The notes under the pieces were generated by a model. It had not been told where the DNA came from. It did not search any database and saw only the letters and a program-made list of their open reading frames with translations. From contig CAYQZH010000002.1 in the NCBI GenBank assembly GCA_964421865.1, positions 1 through 51,015 on the forward strand: a DNA stretch of 51,015 nt. Reading direction: 5' to 3'. A program made the translations under genes and the position numbers. Each line of letters begins with the position of its first letter. The stretch's first letter is position 1. Shown here piece by piece: positions 26,601 through 36,900 of the stretch. This stretch comes from an uncultured Phycisphaera sp. (GTDB lineage Bacteria; Planctomycetota; Phycisphaerae; UBA1845).

Positions 26601-28448
26601 TCACGGACCAGAAAGCTCCATTCGCCAGATCTGCCAGTTATCATTAAATTCCTTCTTTGCCCCGCGGTTGGAGATGAAGTAAACGTACTTGCCGTCCGGG
26701 CTAACCGCGGGGCGGGTATCGTGCGACCCGTTTACCGTCAGTTGCGTACGCTCAGTCCCGTCGGTCCTCATGCTCCAGATATCAAAGTTTGGTACGCCCT
26801 CTTCATTCAGGGCCTGGTTCGAGGCATATACGATTCGTGAGCCGTCGGGAGTCCAGATTGGATACTCGTAAGAGTGGTCGCCTACGGTGAGTTGTGTCGG
26901 CTTACTTCCGTCCGCGTTCATCACCCAAATTTGCCCGTGGCCGGCGTCGTCCGGCGCCACGTATGCAAGCTTCGTTCCATCTGGCGACCAAGCTGAACTC
27001 CTGCCGATGCGGATTTGAGTGGGGAGCGTGCCGTCTGCATTCGTAACCCATATCTGCGGCGCTTTGGCTTCCCGCAGGTACGAAGTGAAAGCTATTCGTG
27101 TGCCGTCTGGCGACACCGCAGGTTCGGTATCGGTAACACTGGATGGGCTATCGGTGAGTTTCGTGAAGCCTCCTTGCCCGGTCGTACGAACGCGCCAGAG
27201 GTTCACCTTGTCCGGCCGAAGACGATTTGCAGCGAAATAGACGAACTGTCCATCCGCCGAGACACATGCCTCGACATCGATTGTCGGTCCATCTGTGAGC
27301 CTCGTAACACCTTGTCCCGCCTGGCGCCAAAGATTGGCGAGCGGGTCCTTAAACTCCGGCCGCCTGAATGAGATCGAATAGGCAAGTTGTTGTTCTGGGG
27401 GCGCAACCCATAGACGCGTTAGCATGAACTCGCCGGGAACCATATCGGTCATTCGCGTTACCGAGCGTACCATCGGCTCCGTTTCGATTTCGTCTACCTG
27501 TGAGAGAACGAGCGATTCCTCAACAGCCACTCCTTCACCGCTGAACCCGAACGTACGAAGTCGTGTTCGAACGAAGCGAATTGGTTCGAGTTCCACCTTC
27601 AGTTCGCCACTCAGGGCTTGTTCGAGTGTAAGCGAGGTCGTGAACGGACTTGTATCGCCGGGGGAGATTGGCCCTTGCGGCCGTCGCCAACGGAATCCAT
27701 CTTTCCGCACGCTCACCAAGAACGTCGACCAAGGGCTCTTCGCATCCTTGCGCGTGAAAAGAAAAGCGTATTGCAGCGGCACCTGTCCAACGGACGCTTC
27801 GTTGACTGTAAACTCCGCCCCTTCCACGTTGGTGATCACGTTGACGGGTAACCGACGCCGAACCTCCGTAAGCGAGACATTCACACGTGCATGCTGGGCT
27901 TCGTCATACGAAAGGGACCGTCGCTCCGGAAGGTAATCCTCCAGCTCTACTCGTAGCGCGACTGTGCCCCACGCCGACTTGGACGACGAGCGAAGGTACC
28001 TGATCGGCACAGTGACGGGTGTCCTACTGTAATCGGACTCATTGACAAAAACGGCGGCTCCCGATGGATCGCTTTCGACTCGAACATCGAGCACCTCAGC
28101 AAGCCGCGGCAAGGTCACGTCGAGCTTCCAGGGGTTGGGCGCCACCTGAGCCGCCTGTCGTGAAAGCACGGTTTCCACCGATTCGTGGTCCGTGGCCTGC
28201 AGTGTGATCCGATGTGAAGTGTCGTCTCGCTCCCACTGAAGCCTTTGGGAGAACGGAGTTTGGCCGCGTTCTAGTCCATCAACATACACGGCTGCCCTAT
28301 TGGGGCTGGACTCCACGGACACGGTGCGTGAAACGCAGCCTATGGAGATGAATAGTGCTGTGGCCGAGACCGTGGCCAGTGACAACCAAGCACGCGGGCG
28401 TGCGCTGTGCCACCGTGATCGCGCAGAATAAATGAAGGATTGCATCAA
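26601..28448 (-). CDS. lipoprotein with three PEGA-like domains and a C-terminal TolB-like beta-propeller
   Basis: The lipobox is ATALFISIGC. PEGA-type units are VESSPNRAAVYVDGLERGQTPF, VESDPSGAAVFVNESDYSRTPV and VITNVEGAEFTVNEASVGQVPL. The propeller blades are SADGQFVYFAAN, SPDGTRIAFTSY, SPDGTKLAYVAP, TPDGSRIVYASN and SPDGKYVYFISNR. Confidence 0.85.
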   Translation of the reverse strand: MMQSFIYSARSRWHSARPRAWLSLATVSATALFISIGCVSRTVSVESSPNRAAVYVDGLERGQTPFSQRLQWERDDTSHRITLQATDHESVETVLSRQAAQVAPNPWKLDVTLPRLAEVLDVRVESDPSGAAVFVNESDYSRTPVTVPIRYLRSSSKSAWGTVALRVELEDYLPERRSLSYDEAQHARVNVSLTEVRRRLPVNVITNVEGAEFTVNEASVGQVPLQYAFLFTRKDAKSPWSTFLVSVRKDGFRWRRPQGPISPGDTSPFTTSLTLEQALSGELKVELEPIRFVRTRLRTFGFSGEGVAVEESLVLSQVDEIETEPMVRSVTRMTDMVPGEFMLTRLWVAPPEQQLAYSISFRRPEFKDPLANLWRQAGQGVTRLTDGPTIDVEACVSADGQFVYFAANRLRPDKVNLWRVRTTGQGGFTKLTDSPSSVTDTEPAVSPDGTRIAFTSYLREAKAPQIWVTNADGTLPTQIRIGRSSAWSPDGTKLAYVAPDDAGHGQIWVMNADGSKPTQLTVGDHSYEYPIWTPDGSRIVYASNQALNEEGVPNFDIWSMRTDGTERTQLTVNGSHDTRPAVSPDGKYVYFISNRGAKKEFNDNWQIWRMELSGP

Positions 28449-28704
28449 GTGCCTCCAGACTTCAGGACAAATCGCTTGCGTTCGCTACTTTGGCAACGGG
28501 CTACGCCCTTGGCCGTCTTTCGCAACGCACGCATACCGTGCGACCGAACAAGGCGAAGATTGCAGGATGCGCATGCGCACGTCTTCCCGAACGACTGGCG
28601 ATTCGCCGCAGGCTCGAAAGCAACCAACTGGCTCCTCGGCTGATCAGCCACGCTATCTCTCATCGCTGCCTCATCACTCACGCAATAGCATCGGGTTCAC
28701 ATGT

Positions 28705-29862
28705 TCAACGAAACCGCCGCACAGCGCGCACATAGTACTTGTTTGTGCGATAAAACGTGGTACCGTCCGCCGCATAGGCAACGTTACCGGGAAAGCTGGG
28801 GGGCGGGTCGGTAGCTGTCCAGTACACGTCCCCATTTTGCGAATACGTGCTGCTCACCTTCGTGACAGCACAGGAGGTAGCTTTTTCCAGAGACTGGAAT
28901 TCGCTGAGCTGCGGCAATCTCCAGTCACTGAACCCTCCCAAAGACAAAGAAGCGCAGTAGGCGAGAGCCTCCTGCTGAGTTCGTCTCAGTCCGTCGTCGT
29001 CCTTCTGCCACATGAGTCCCACACCGTGGTCAGTCAGGGTCCCATCTCCATTGTCAGTTAGACCGGTAGCCCTTACGGGCGCTTTGCCAGCTGCAACCTC
29101 GCCTTGCGTCTGCCGGAGCTTGTCAAGCATTTGCCGTGCGCCCTGCACGTACTTGTCGGTAAGCTTGATTCTCCCGTTGACGATCTGATTTGCGGTATCC
29201 ATCGCGGCGCTGATATCACCAACCGCCTTCGTACCCGTGGCGACGTTGAAGCGGCACGCACAGATCCAGAACTCATGGTCTTCCTTGACGGATGGTCTCG
29301 ACGCCAAGAGGCAGGTGAGCGCATGCCGGTCCCGGCCGGCTTGCATTAAGGCCATCGCAAAATCGTATAGGCGAACCCTGAGACCCTGTGCGATGTCAAC
29401 ACCTTGCTGCCTCTCGATGAAGGGCATCAGCCGAGCCATCAAGATTTCGCCGAGCTCTTTTCCAGGAAGTGACCGTGGCAGATGAAGATTGGGTTCTGTC
29501 CTCAATGTCTCCTCGTAGCGCACGAGCACTTGAGCGAGAACGGTGACTAGCTCAAACCGTCGGTTGTTACGAAAGTCTTGCTCGATCGAACCCCAGTCCA
29601 AACGCAGCGAATCGATCGGGAAAGTTTTGCACTCATCTGCTATGTCGTCCTTAGGCCTAGTTCGCAACATCTCATAGAGCTCGTTCGTTCCTTCGCTCCT
29701 GTCGAGGTAATCGAGAAGGTTGGGCGACGAAACCTTCAAAGGCTGCGCCTGTGGACGGGGTCTGGTAGGCGGGGAGGATTGGTGGCACGGGTCGGTCGTC
29801 GTGGTTCGCTTTTTGAATAGCCGATCAAGGAGTCCCATTGATATTCCCTTCCTGAGCCGCAC
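28705..29862 (-). CDS. protein with helical N-terminal region and C-terminal DUF1566 (Lcl C-terminal) domain
   Basis: The DUF1566 pattern is TLTDHGVGLMWQKDDDGLRRTQQEALAYCASLSLGGFSDWRLPQLSEFQSL. The probable true start is MGLLDRLFKK (29838). Confidence 0.8.
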   Translation of the reverse strand: MRLRKGISMGLLDRLFKKRTTTTDPCHQSSPPTRPRPQAQPLKVSSPNLLDYLDRSEGTNELYEMLRTRPKDDIADECKTFPIDSLRLDWGSIEQDFRNNRRFELVTVLAQVLVRYEETLRTEPNLHLPRSLPGKELGEILMARLMPFIERQQGVDIAQGLRVRLYDFAMALMQAGRDRHALTCLLASRPSVKEDHEFWICACRFNVATGTKAVGDISAAMDTANQIVNGRIKLTDKYVQGARQMLDKLRQTQGEVAAGKAPVRATGLTDNGDGTLTDHGVGLMWQKDDDGLRRTQQEALAYCASLSLGGFSDWRLPQLSEFQSLEKATSCAVTKVSSTYSQNGDVYWTATDPPPSFPGNVAYAADGTTFYRTNKYYVRAVRRFR

Positions 29863-30259
29863 CGGCCCGGGTAATGCTGTACCTCACCGCAGGGCGTGGA
29901 GCGCAGGAAAACACCTTGTCGGAGTGCATACGCTTGTTGGCGCCTGACTTTGCTCTACTTCCAGAGCTTCCACCATTGTTTTCGCCCAGTCCTTTCACTC
30001 CGCACCACGAGATCGCCGCCCGAGACCATTGCCCCGCCTGCCGATGGCAGTCCGACAGCCAGAGGCACGCAAGTACATTTGCAGGTCGATCCTGGATCAA
30101 GCGTTCAAAGCAACGCACGGCGGCCTGGTAGTCACCGCTGCGGTAATGGCCCATTCCACGCTCCTGAAGCCCGGATTCCGCCACGTACCCGTGAGGACCT
30201 GCTGCGGGTGCTTGACCGCGGTCGAATCCGAGTATCCTTCCCAGGAACTGCATGTGCAC
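29825..30259 (-). CDS. small TPR-like hypothetical protein; C-terminal third doubtful
   Basis: The sequence MHMQFLGRILGFDRG...GMGHYRSGDYQAAVRCFERLIQDRPANVLACLWLSDCHRQAGQW reads as one or two TPR units. The tail is low complexity and overlaps the start of the next gene. Confidence 0.4.
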   Translation of the reverse strand: MHMQFLGRILGFDRGQAPAAGPHGYVAESGLQERGMGHYRSGDYQAAVRCFERLIQDRPANVLACLWLSDCHRQAGQWSRAAISWCGVKGLGENNGGSSGSRAKSGANKRMHSDKVFSCAPRPAVRYSITRAGAAQEGNINGTP

Positions 30260-30414
30260 GGCTCGCCTTCTGCTTCGGTCAGGCTAACGGTCAAGCTCAG
30301 CGGCCGCCGTGAGGCGGTCGGCTGGAGCGCCTTGTTAGCCACTCAATCCACTCGCTACGTTATGGCTAAATAAACATTGTCACTGAGAACAATCGCATCC
30401 GCATATCTTCGCGG

Positions 30415-30726
30415 TCACACTCCTCTCTCAGTAGCTGAGAGAAACGCTCTGCATTCAGCAATGAAGTCCTCTTTTAGGCGCACAAGGTATTCATCTGGGA
30501 GGTTTCCACCTTGCATGGCAGTCTTTGCCGCCCCTTCAGCCAGAGGATCGTTGGTCTGTCGCAGGAGCTTGGCTATCTCATTGAAGCCGCTTAGAATCTC
30601 CTGTCTTGTTCTGCATCTTGCGAGTATCGAGAGACATTTCTCTGTGTTCCTGCGCTGCTGGGCGAGCAGGTTTTGCACGGGGGTGGTTCCTCCAAATAGC
30701 CGTTCCAAGAAGCTCCTCGCGGACAT
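30415..30726 (-). CDS. hypothetical helical protein (103 aa)
   Basis: The sequence is MSARSFLERLFGGTTPVQNLLAQQRRNTEKCLSILARCRTRQEILSGFNEIAKLLRQTNDPLAEGAAK... I recognise no family. Confidence 0.5.
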   Translation of the reverse strand: MSARSFLERLFGGTTPVQNLLAQQRRNTEKCLSILARCRTRQEILSGFNEIAKLLRQTNDPLAEGAAKTAMQGGNLPDEYLVRLKEDFIAECRAFLSATERGV

Positions 30727-30780
30727 CCTTTCATCTCCTTTCGGCGCCTAACGCTTTGGCATTATGCGGCATCAAAACAA

Positions 30781-31293
30781 TCACGTTGTATCGTCTTGTC
30801 TGTCCTGAGCACGGAGTAAGTTTCGCACGTCGTCCGGCAACCATCCAAACGTCAGACACCGCCGCGTCTCGCGTCTTAAGTTCTCGATGTCCAGCGACGA
30901 AATATCACCGAACCCAGCTTGCCGCCCCCGCAGAATCGCCATCACGTACAAGACACGAGCCACATCGCGCGGGAGACCGCCGTCCTCAACCAAAGACGCC
31001 TTGGCGAAGTCCTTGGCCAGCCTTATGGCGTCAATAGAAGGCGATGCGTTTCGGAGCAGATCGCCGAATGTTCCGCCTTGGTATCCGCCAATGATCGACG
31101 ACACTTCCTCGCGAGAACGGTCGCTGATCTCAGCCAACCGATCAAGTTCGGACGCCAGCGGCGTGGCCAACTGATGCTCGAGCATGGCTCGGAGGTCGGC
31201 AGATGACCACGGCACCGCGTCAGGCCGCGAAGGGTCCATCAGCGCCCTAAGGATGTCCTTGCTCTTGCGGCTTGCCGCTGGCGGCTTGGTCAT
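30781..31293 (-). CDS. hypothetical protein (170 aa) immediately downstream of the ECF sigma gene
   Basis: Composition is balanced (DLRAMLEHQLATPLASELDRLAEISDRSREEVSSIIGGYQGGTFGDLL...VARVLYVMAILRGRQAGFGDISSL). It has no TM helix and no HxxxCxxC anti-sigma motif. Confidence 0.6.
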   Translation of the reverse strand: MTKPPAASRKSKDILRALMDPSRPDAVPWSSADLRAMLEHQLATPLASELDRLAEISDRSREEVSSIIGGYQGGTFGDLLRNASPSIDAIRLAKDFAKASLVEDGGLPRDVARVLYVMAILRGRQAGFGDISSLDIENLRRETRRCLTFGWLPDDVRNLLRAQDRQDDTT

Positions 31294-31356
31294 CGATGCA
31301 CCATACGAACTCCAATGCCCACCGTTACTACCTCTTCGCCCTGGCCGTGTTGCGCA

Positions 31357-32100
31357 TTATCGTCCGACGATCTCACGCAAGTCGGCGATCTCCTCGTCGA
31401 TCTGATCCTCATTGTAAACATAGCGCCCGACCGCCGCGCGTAAGTGTTTGGCAAAACATCTCTTGGCGTTCGCAAGCAGATTCATGGCCTGGCGAGGCGT
31501 CTGGATGCCAAATCGCCTAACGACCTGTCCGTAGTCGGCGGCCTCGGCACCATGAAGCATCGGATCGACAACCCTCAGGTAGAAGATCTCCCACAAGTCA
31601 CTGCGATCACGGCCCTCGCAGTCGGACTCCATCAACTCGAGGGCATCCCGAACGACCTGCTGTACCCACTCCTGCTCAAATCGATTAGTGCCGGAACGCG
31701 TTGCTAGAACAGCAAGCGTAGACTCGTCCAAACCTGACGCCATCGCCCTGGCTGCGTACTCTTGCTTTAGCTTCGTCGTCACGAAGTTGTTAAGCGCCTT
31801 GAGGACGAAATTGCGGAATTTGCCCTTGCCCCGGTCGGCGTGGTGAACGAGCTTTCGGGCCAGAATTTTGTCCGCGACGAAGTCGTGAAGGAGATCGTCC
31901 GCCAAGTCTGGTCGTAAGCGACGTGTCTCGGTCAGGAAGGCCCGCAACGCCGGTGCATAGGCGACGAGCAACTCGGCAAGTGCCAGCTGCCGGGTCATTT
32001 CATCAGATGCCGCCGCGCGTCCGACCAGCGACCAGCGGGTCTCCGGGAATCGCGATGGTTTCTTCCGGTCGTAAGGCATTCGATGCCTCTGTCGAGCCAC
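31357..32100 (-). CDS. ECF-type sigma-70 family RNA polymerase sigma factor (kinase-linked type)
   Basis: The N-terminus is FPETRWSLVGRAA. The region-2-like block is DLLHDFVADKILARKLVHHADRGKGKFRNFVLKALNNFV. The region-4-like HTH is YGQVVRRFGIQTPRQAMNLLANAKRCFAKHLR. It is divergent from a Hanks kinase. Confidence 0.75.
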   Translation of the reverse strand: MARQRHRMPYDRKKPSRFPETRWSLVGRAAASDEMTRQLALAELLVAYAPALRAFLTETRRLRPDLADDLLHDFVADKILARKLVHHADRGKGKFRNFVLKALNNFVTTKLKQEYAARAMASGLDESTLAVLATRSGTNRFEQEWVQQVVRDALELMESDCEGRDRSDLWEIFYLRVVDPMLHGAEAADYGQVVRRFGIQTPRQAMNLLANAKRCFAKHLRAAVGRYVYNEDQIDEEIADLREIVGR

Positions 32101-32618
32101 TTCGCTTCAAGTGCCTGATCCGTGCGGCAGGCGACATGTGAAGGGTCGTCCCACTTTTCGGCACCGGAAGCTTGCCTTCCCCAAGTTACCGGCTGACCAA
32201 GCGGGCCGCAATCCGAGAGGGGCAAGTTGCCCTGCCGCGTCAACGGCCATCAAAGGCAGACGAGGCGAGGAGCCGCGAACTGCGCAGCACGGCTGCGACC
32301 AGCGGGTAGTCCTTCTTGAGACGCAAGCCACACACGGCCCGAAGCACCATGCGACCGGCACGGGATCGCAGTCGGCACCGCTGGGGCAAGCTCAACCCAC
32401 GAACCCACGATCGGTGCCCCACTTGGACTTGCGGGGAAGGGAGGCAAAGTGATAATGGCGACAAAGGCATCGCCCTTGGGCACGCCGCCCCGTCCGTCCC
32501 GGGAGCGTTGCGGGTCCCCGGCGAACCATCCGGCCTAACGGACCTGCCAGGGATGGCAGGTAGATATCAAACGAGGGAACTACAGCGTGGCGGGTGAGAC
32601 CGTAGGAGTGGTCTGGCT
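32101..32618. promoter_or_regulatory. 518-nt divergent control region between the ECF sigma array (minus) and the kinase/Hsp70 array (plus)
   Basis: This is inferred from gene geometry only. I cannot pick out -35/-10 elements with confidence. The ORFs listed here are short and low complexity. Confidence 0.4.
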
Positions 32619-33779
32619 GTGCCGATTCTTTCGCCTGGGCAGGTTGTGCGCGACACCTATGAGGTCGAACGTCTCCTCGGTGAGGGGGCGTTTGCCGAGG
32701 TCTACCGCGTAAAGCATCGCTTCATGGGCCGACAGGCCATGAAGGTCTTCAAAGCGACCGGAGCGACGCTAGAGGACATCGAGCACGACATAGCAGAAGC
32801 CATTCTCCTTTCTGGCATCAAGCACCCCAACATCGTTGAAGTCTACGACGCCAACGTGCTGGAGGCAAGCAAGGCCCAGTTCGGCTATTTCACGATGACC
32901 TACATGCCTGGCGGCACGCTGGAGCGGTTCTGGCGGTCGTTCGGAACCACCCTGATGCCGGTCGAACAGGTTGTTGAGGTGATCAGGCAGGCATGCCGGG
33001 GGCTGGCCGTCGCTCACTCGTCCTCGCCCCCCATTGTCCACCGCGACATCAAACCGCAGAATCTGCTCGTCGGGTTCGCAGCCGATGGCCTACGCGTGCG
33101 TCTCAGTGACTTCGGCCTAGCCAAAGCCGTCAACCCGCTCACCTTGTTGGTCAGCGCCAAGGGCACGCTGGGCTTCAAGCCGCCGGAGTCGCTTAACAAC
33201 GTCGATTCCTGCGCCGCAGATGTCTGGGCCGTCGGTACGACCCTTTACCTGCTCCTCACCGACGAGATGCCTTTCCCGATGCTAAGCGATCGCGACGTGG
33301 AGGACGCCAACCGGTTCCTGCGGCCCATTCGTCCGCCCAGCATTTACAACATCGGCATCGATGCCGGCCTAGAGTCCATCATCTTTAGATGCCTTGCTGC
33401 CTCTGCTTCGGACAGATACGCCGATGCCAACGAGTTGCTTCGTGACCTGGAGAAGTGGACACCGGGCTACAAGCCGCCGGGAACGTCAGTCAGCCAGTCC
33501 AAACGAGGCTCGAAGACGGCGATTGCCGAGCGTTCTCCTCATGACCTCAAGGGCGAGGCGCGAAATGCGCTCCAAGAAGCCATCGGGATCGCCCACGACC
33601 CCACGAAGCTCATGTCGGCCGCGGACTTGCTGGAAGAGGCTATCAGCAAGGATCCCGCCCTTCGCGATCGGTATGAGTCGCAACTTCAACTTTGGCGCAA
33701 AGGCATCATGCACGTGTCGACGGCAGACTTCTCACGGTCCAAGTCGAGGGGGCGAAACCCGGAGGGCAAAATCCCCTAG
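32619..33779 (+). CDS. Hanks-type Ser/Thr protein kinase, soluble (386 aa)
   Basis: Kinase motifs are LGEGAFAEVYRVKH (G-loop), AMKVFK (VAIK Lys), HRDIKPQNLLV, DFGLAK, GTLGFKPPE and DVWAVGTTLY. There is no TM helix. It has a GTG start behind GGAGTGG. Confidence 0.9.
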   Translation: MPILSPGQVVRDTYEVERLLGEGAFAEVYRVKHRFMGRQAMKVFKATGATLEDIEHDIAEAILLSGIKHPNIVEVYDANVLEASKAQFGYFTMTYMPGGTLERFWRSFGTTLMPVEQVVEVIRQACRGLAVAHSSSPPIVHRDIKPQNLLVGFAADGLRVRLSDFGLAKAVNPLTLLVSAKGTLGFKPPESLNNVDSCAADVWAVGTTLYLLLTDEMPFPMLSDRDVEDANRFLRPIRPPSIYNIGIDAGLESIIFRCLAASASDRYADANELLRDLEKWTPGYKPPGTSVSQSKRGSKTAIAERSPHDLKGEARNALQEAIGIAHDPTKLMSAADLLEEAISKDPALRDRYESQLQLWRKGIMHVSTADFSRSKSRGRNPEGKIP

Positions 33780-33930
33780 CCTGCGCAACATTGCGACATG
33801 ACCGAGGTAGTAGAGATGAACGACAAGAGACATCGCCGAGTCCGGTTGACGTGGATAGGGTTCGAGCGTCGTAAGTGGGAAGCCTCTTTCATGGGAATCC
33901 CCCGGCACGACCTGCAAAGGAAGTTCTGAA

Positions 33931-36900
33931 ATGGAGTGCCCGCATTGCCATTTGGAGGCGCAGATTCGAGCTGATGGAATCTGCCAGGCTTGCGGGAGAA
34001 ACCGCTGGGAACCTACGCCGGAGTCGGGGGCGACCGCGGTCAATCCGAAGCCCAATGCGCAGCTCGGTAGAGACGGGGTAGCGGCAACCGCAATCCCAGA
34101 ATGCGAGGAACTCATCGAACTGGCAACGCCGCACATCTACCGCCGCAACCTGTTCCGTGTGCTTGGACTACCAGTAAACGCAAGCCCGAAGGATGTCCAG
34201 CAACAGCAGAATCGCCGCAAAATACAGGAGAAGCTCGGCATTGCCGCCTCCGCTCATCACGGCGGTCCTCTCGTCCTCGAACCACCACCCACTGAGGAAG
34301 ACATTCGCGCCGCGATGGAACGCCTGAATCGTCCGGTGGACAGGCTTCTTGACGAGCTCTTCTGGTTCTGGCCGACCAACGGAAGTGTCGCCGGCGATCC
34401 CGCTCTCAAAGCAGTGGAGCAGGGAAATGTCGACAAGGCCGCCAAGCTCTGGACAGAGCAGGCCGAGCTAGGCGGGCAGCGAGAGATCGCAACCCACAAC
34501 CTGGCCGTACTCGATCATCTCATCGCTCTCGACTACGAGGCCCGTCTAGCCTCGCAGAGCTTGGACACGAAGGAGCAGGAACCCCTGGCCGACCTCTGGC
34601 TCCGAGTATTCGTGCGTTGGGGGGAGGTGCTTGACGGCGAGGAGTTCTGGAGCGTCGTCAAGAACCGTGTTCGTGACCTGGACGACGCGCAGCTTACGAC
34701 CGGCTTCGTCCGCCGTGTTCGGGGTACCCTGCCCACCGCTCTCCTCCTGATTAACGCAAAGATCGCTTACAGTGCGGCGGAACGGTCCGACAGCGAGCTC
34801 GCCCGGCAACACTACCAACTGCTGCAATTGGCAGATTTCCGATGTGGCCTCGCCGACGAAGCTATCCGCGAGTCGCTCAAGCCAATCCGAAACCGGATCA
34901 AGACCGCCACGGACAATGCCAAAGGCCGATGGACCAGGACGCCGCATCACGGGAATCGCTTCGCCCGAGAATTGCACGAGCAGGCCAAAAGCATGCTCGC
35001 CATCGTGGACGCGATTCTCCCGGAAAACGACCTGACCCGTGCAGGGCTGCACGATCTAGTTGCAGAAACGATGCGCGAAGGCTTGGTTGATTTCGGGAAC
35101 AAGACGAACGATTGGCAAGAATGCGACAGAATTCTCAAGCTGGCCGAAGAACTGGCCATCGGCCAGGCCGTCAAGACGAAACTGTCTAACGATCGCGCAA
35201 TCGTTCAACAGAACGCTAAGGACGGCAACGACTGGTGCAGCCCCGGTTATTGGGACCTGCCGGAGGAGACCATCACTCAGCTTGAGGCCGCTCGCGCGAA
35301 GACCCAAGCAGGAGACTACGAAGGAGCAGGCCGACTGTTGGTCGTTCTCGACCCGAAGATTGGCAAGCCTCTACGTTGCTGTCTGGCCTTCTGCCTTAGC
35401 CACCGTGGATCACAGATAGCGGGACAGGGCTTGAATGACTTTTCGAGCGAACCCACCCCCAAAGTGCAAAGGTTTCTGGATGTCATTGGCCGCCTAGGGT
35501 CAGTGCCGCTTCCAAACCCCAACATGCAGTCCTGGCAGCTCCCGGATTGTCCATGTTGCGGCACGAAAAGTTACACAAGTTGGGTCAATGGAGAATACAA
35601 AGGACAGCGCTATTGGATGTGCAGCCAGTGTTCGGAGGAGGACAACCGAGAGCGAGAAAAAAGAAAGCGCGTGCTCCGAAAGAGCATCAGTGAATCCTTG
35701 GAGTATGTACTCCTTGCCGACGAGCTCGACCCCAATAACACCGGAATCCGCGAGAATCTTAAGTCGTTGAAGGAGATCGCGAACGATATCGGCGCGAGCA
35801 TCCCCAAGACGAAGGGACTGAAAGAGAAGCTAGGGGCCGAGACCACGAGGGGCAAACGGCATGAGTTCGAGTCGTCACCCGAAGACACCGTCTGCCACTT
35901 CTGCGGCGAACATGCTGCAGACGAGTCTTGCCGCATCACCGTGGCAATGTGCGGCGACCTCCAGCCCGCCGAGCTACTCTTCTGCAAGGGAACCGAGTAC
36001 GAGTACGGTGACGCTATCGTGCCTCGCTGCAAACGCTGCTTCGGCGCGCACCGAGAAGTAGCAGAGGCCCAGACCGCCATTGAGCAGGCCGAGTCCATTG
36101 GAAAGGAATGCGACAGGTGCAAATCCAGCCTTTTTTGGCACCGGTGCCTTTGCCGACGTTGCGACAGCAGGGTCTTCCAACTCGGACGACTTTCGAAGGG
36201 TTTCGCTTTTGCTGCCGCCATCTTTTTGCCAGCCGTCGGCCTCGCTCTTGCTACTGATTATTACGAGGTTTTGGCTTCCGTGGCCGACTTCGTCGCCGCG
36301 AACAGCGGTTTGACACTCACAGACGCCGGTTTTTGGGTGCGGGTTATCGTAGGTGGTGCAATTCCGCTGTTCATGGTCCTCTCCGTTCCGGTCGGTTTGA
36401 AGCGGAGGCAGCGATGTCTGCGGCGGGAAATGAGCGAGAAGCGGCAGGCTGAGATCCAACAACGCCGACATGTCGCGCACAACATCGCGCAAAAGAAGCT
36501 AGACGAGGCCGCGTCTTTCCTGAGGTCGGCCGGCATTAAGTCAGAGTCCGCGTACCTAGAGTTCCACCGAATCAACGAGTTATGTGGCCGCGGTTGGAGG
36601 TTTGGTCACGTGACGGAGGCTAACGGCAAGGCGGCCATTGAAGACCTAGACTACGTGAAAGGCCTTGTTTCTGGTGTCAGGCGGGCGAGCGAGGGTTCGA
36701 TTGTCGAGATTGCAGCACTGAAGACGGCAATCAGTGAGATGCGGTGTTGGGACGACAACTTGGAAACGCTGTCGAGGCGTGCGGTCCAAGCCCTGGTGCT
36801 ACGGGGCTTTTCACCCAAGGATGCCAGACGCCAACTCGAGGGAGCTGGGGTTTCGCGGCGTGCAGCGCGGTCGTTGGTTCGGGAGGCCGCGTCGGACAAT

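Noticed and set aside
34546-36492. Minus-strand ORFs of 168-203 aa inside the 1002-aa gene (and 38858..39478 and 39767..40453 inside the Hsp70 gene)
   Set aside because: They are antisense to genes with strong motif support. The translations are S/R-rich and lack any signature.
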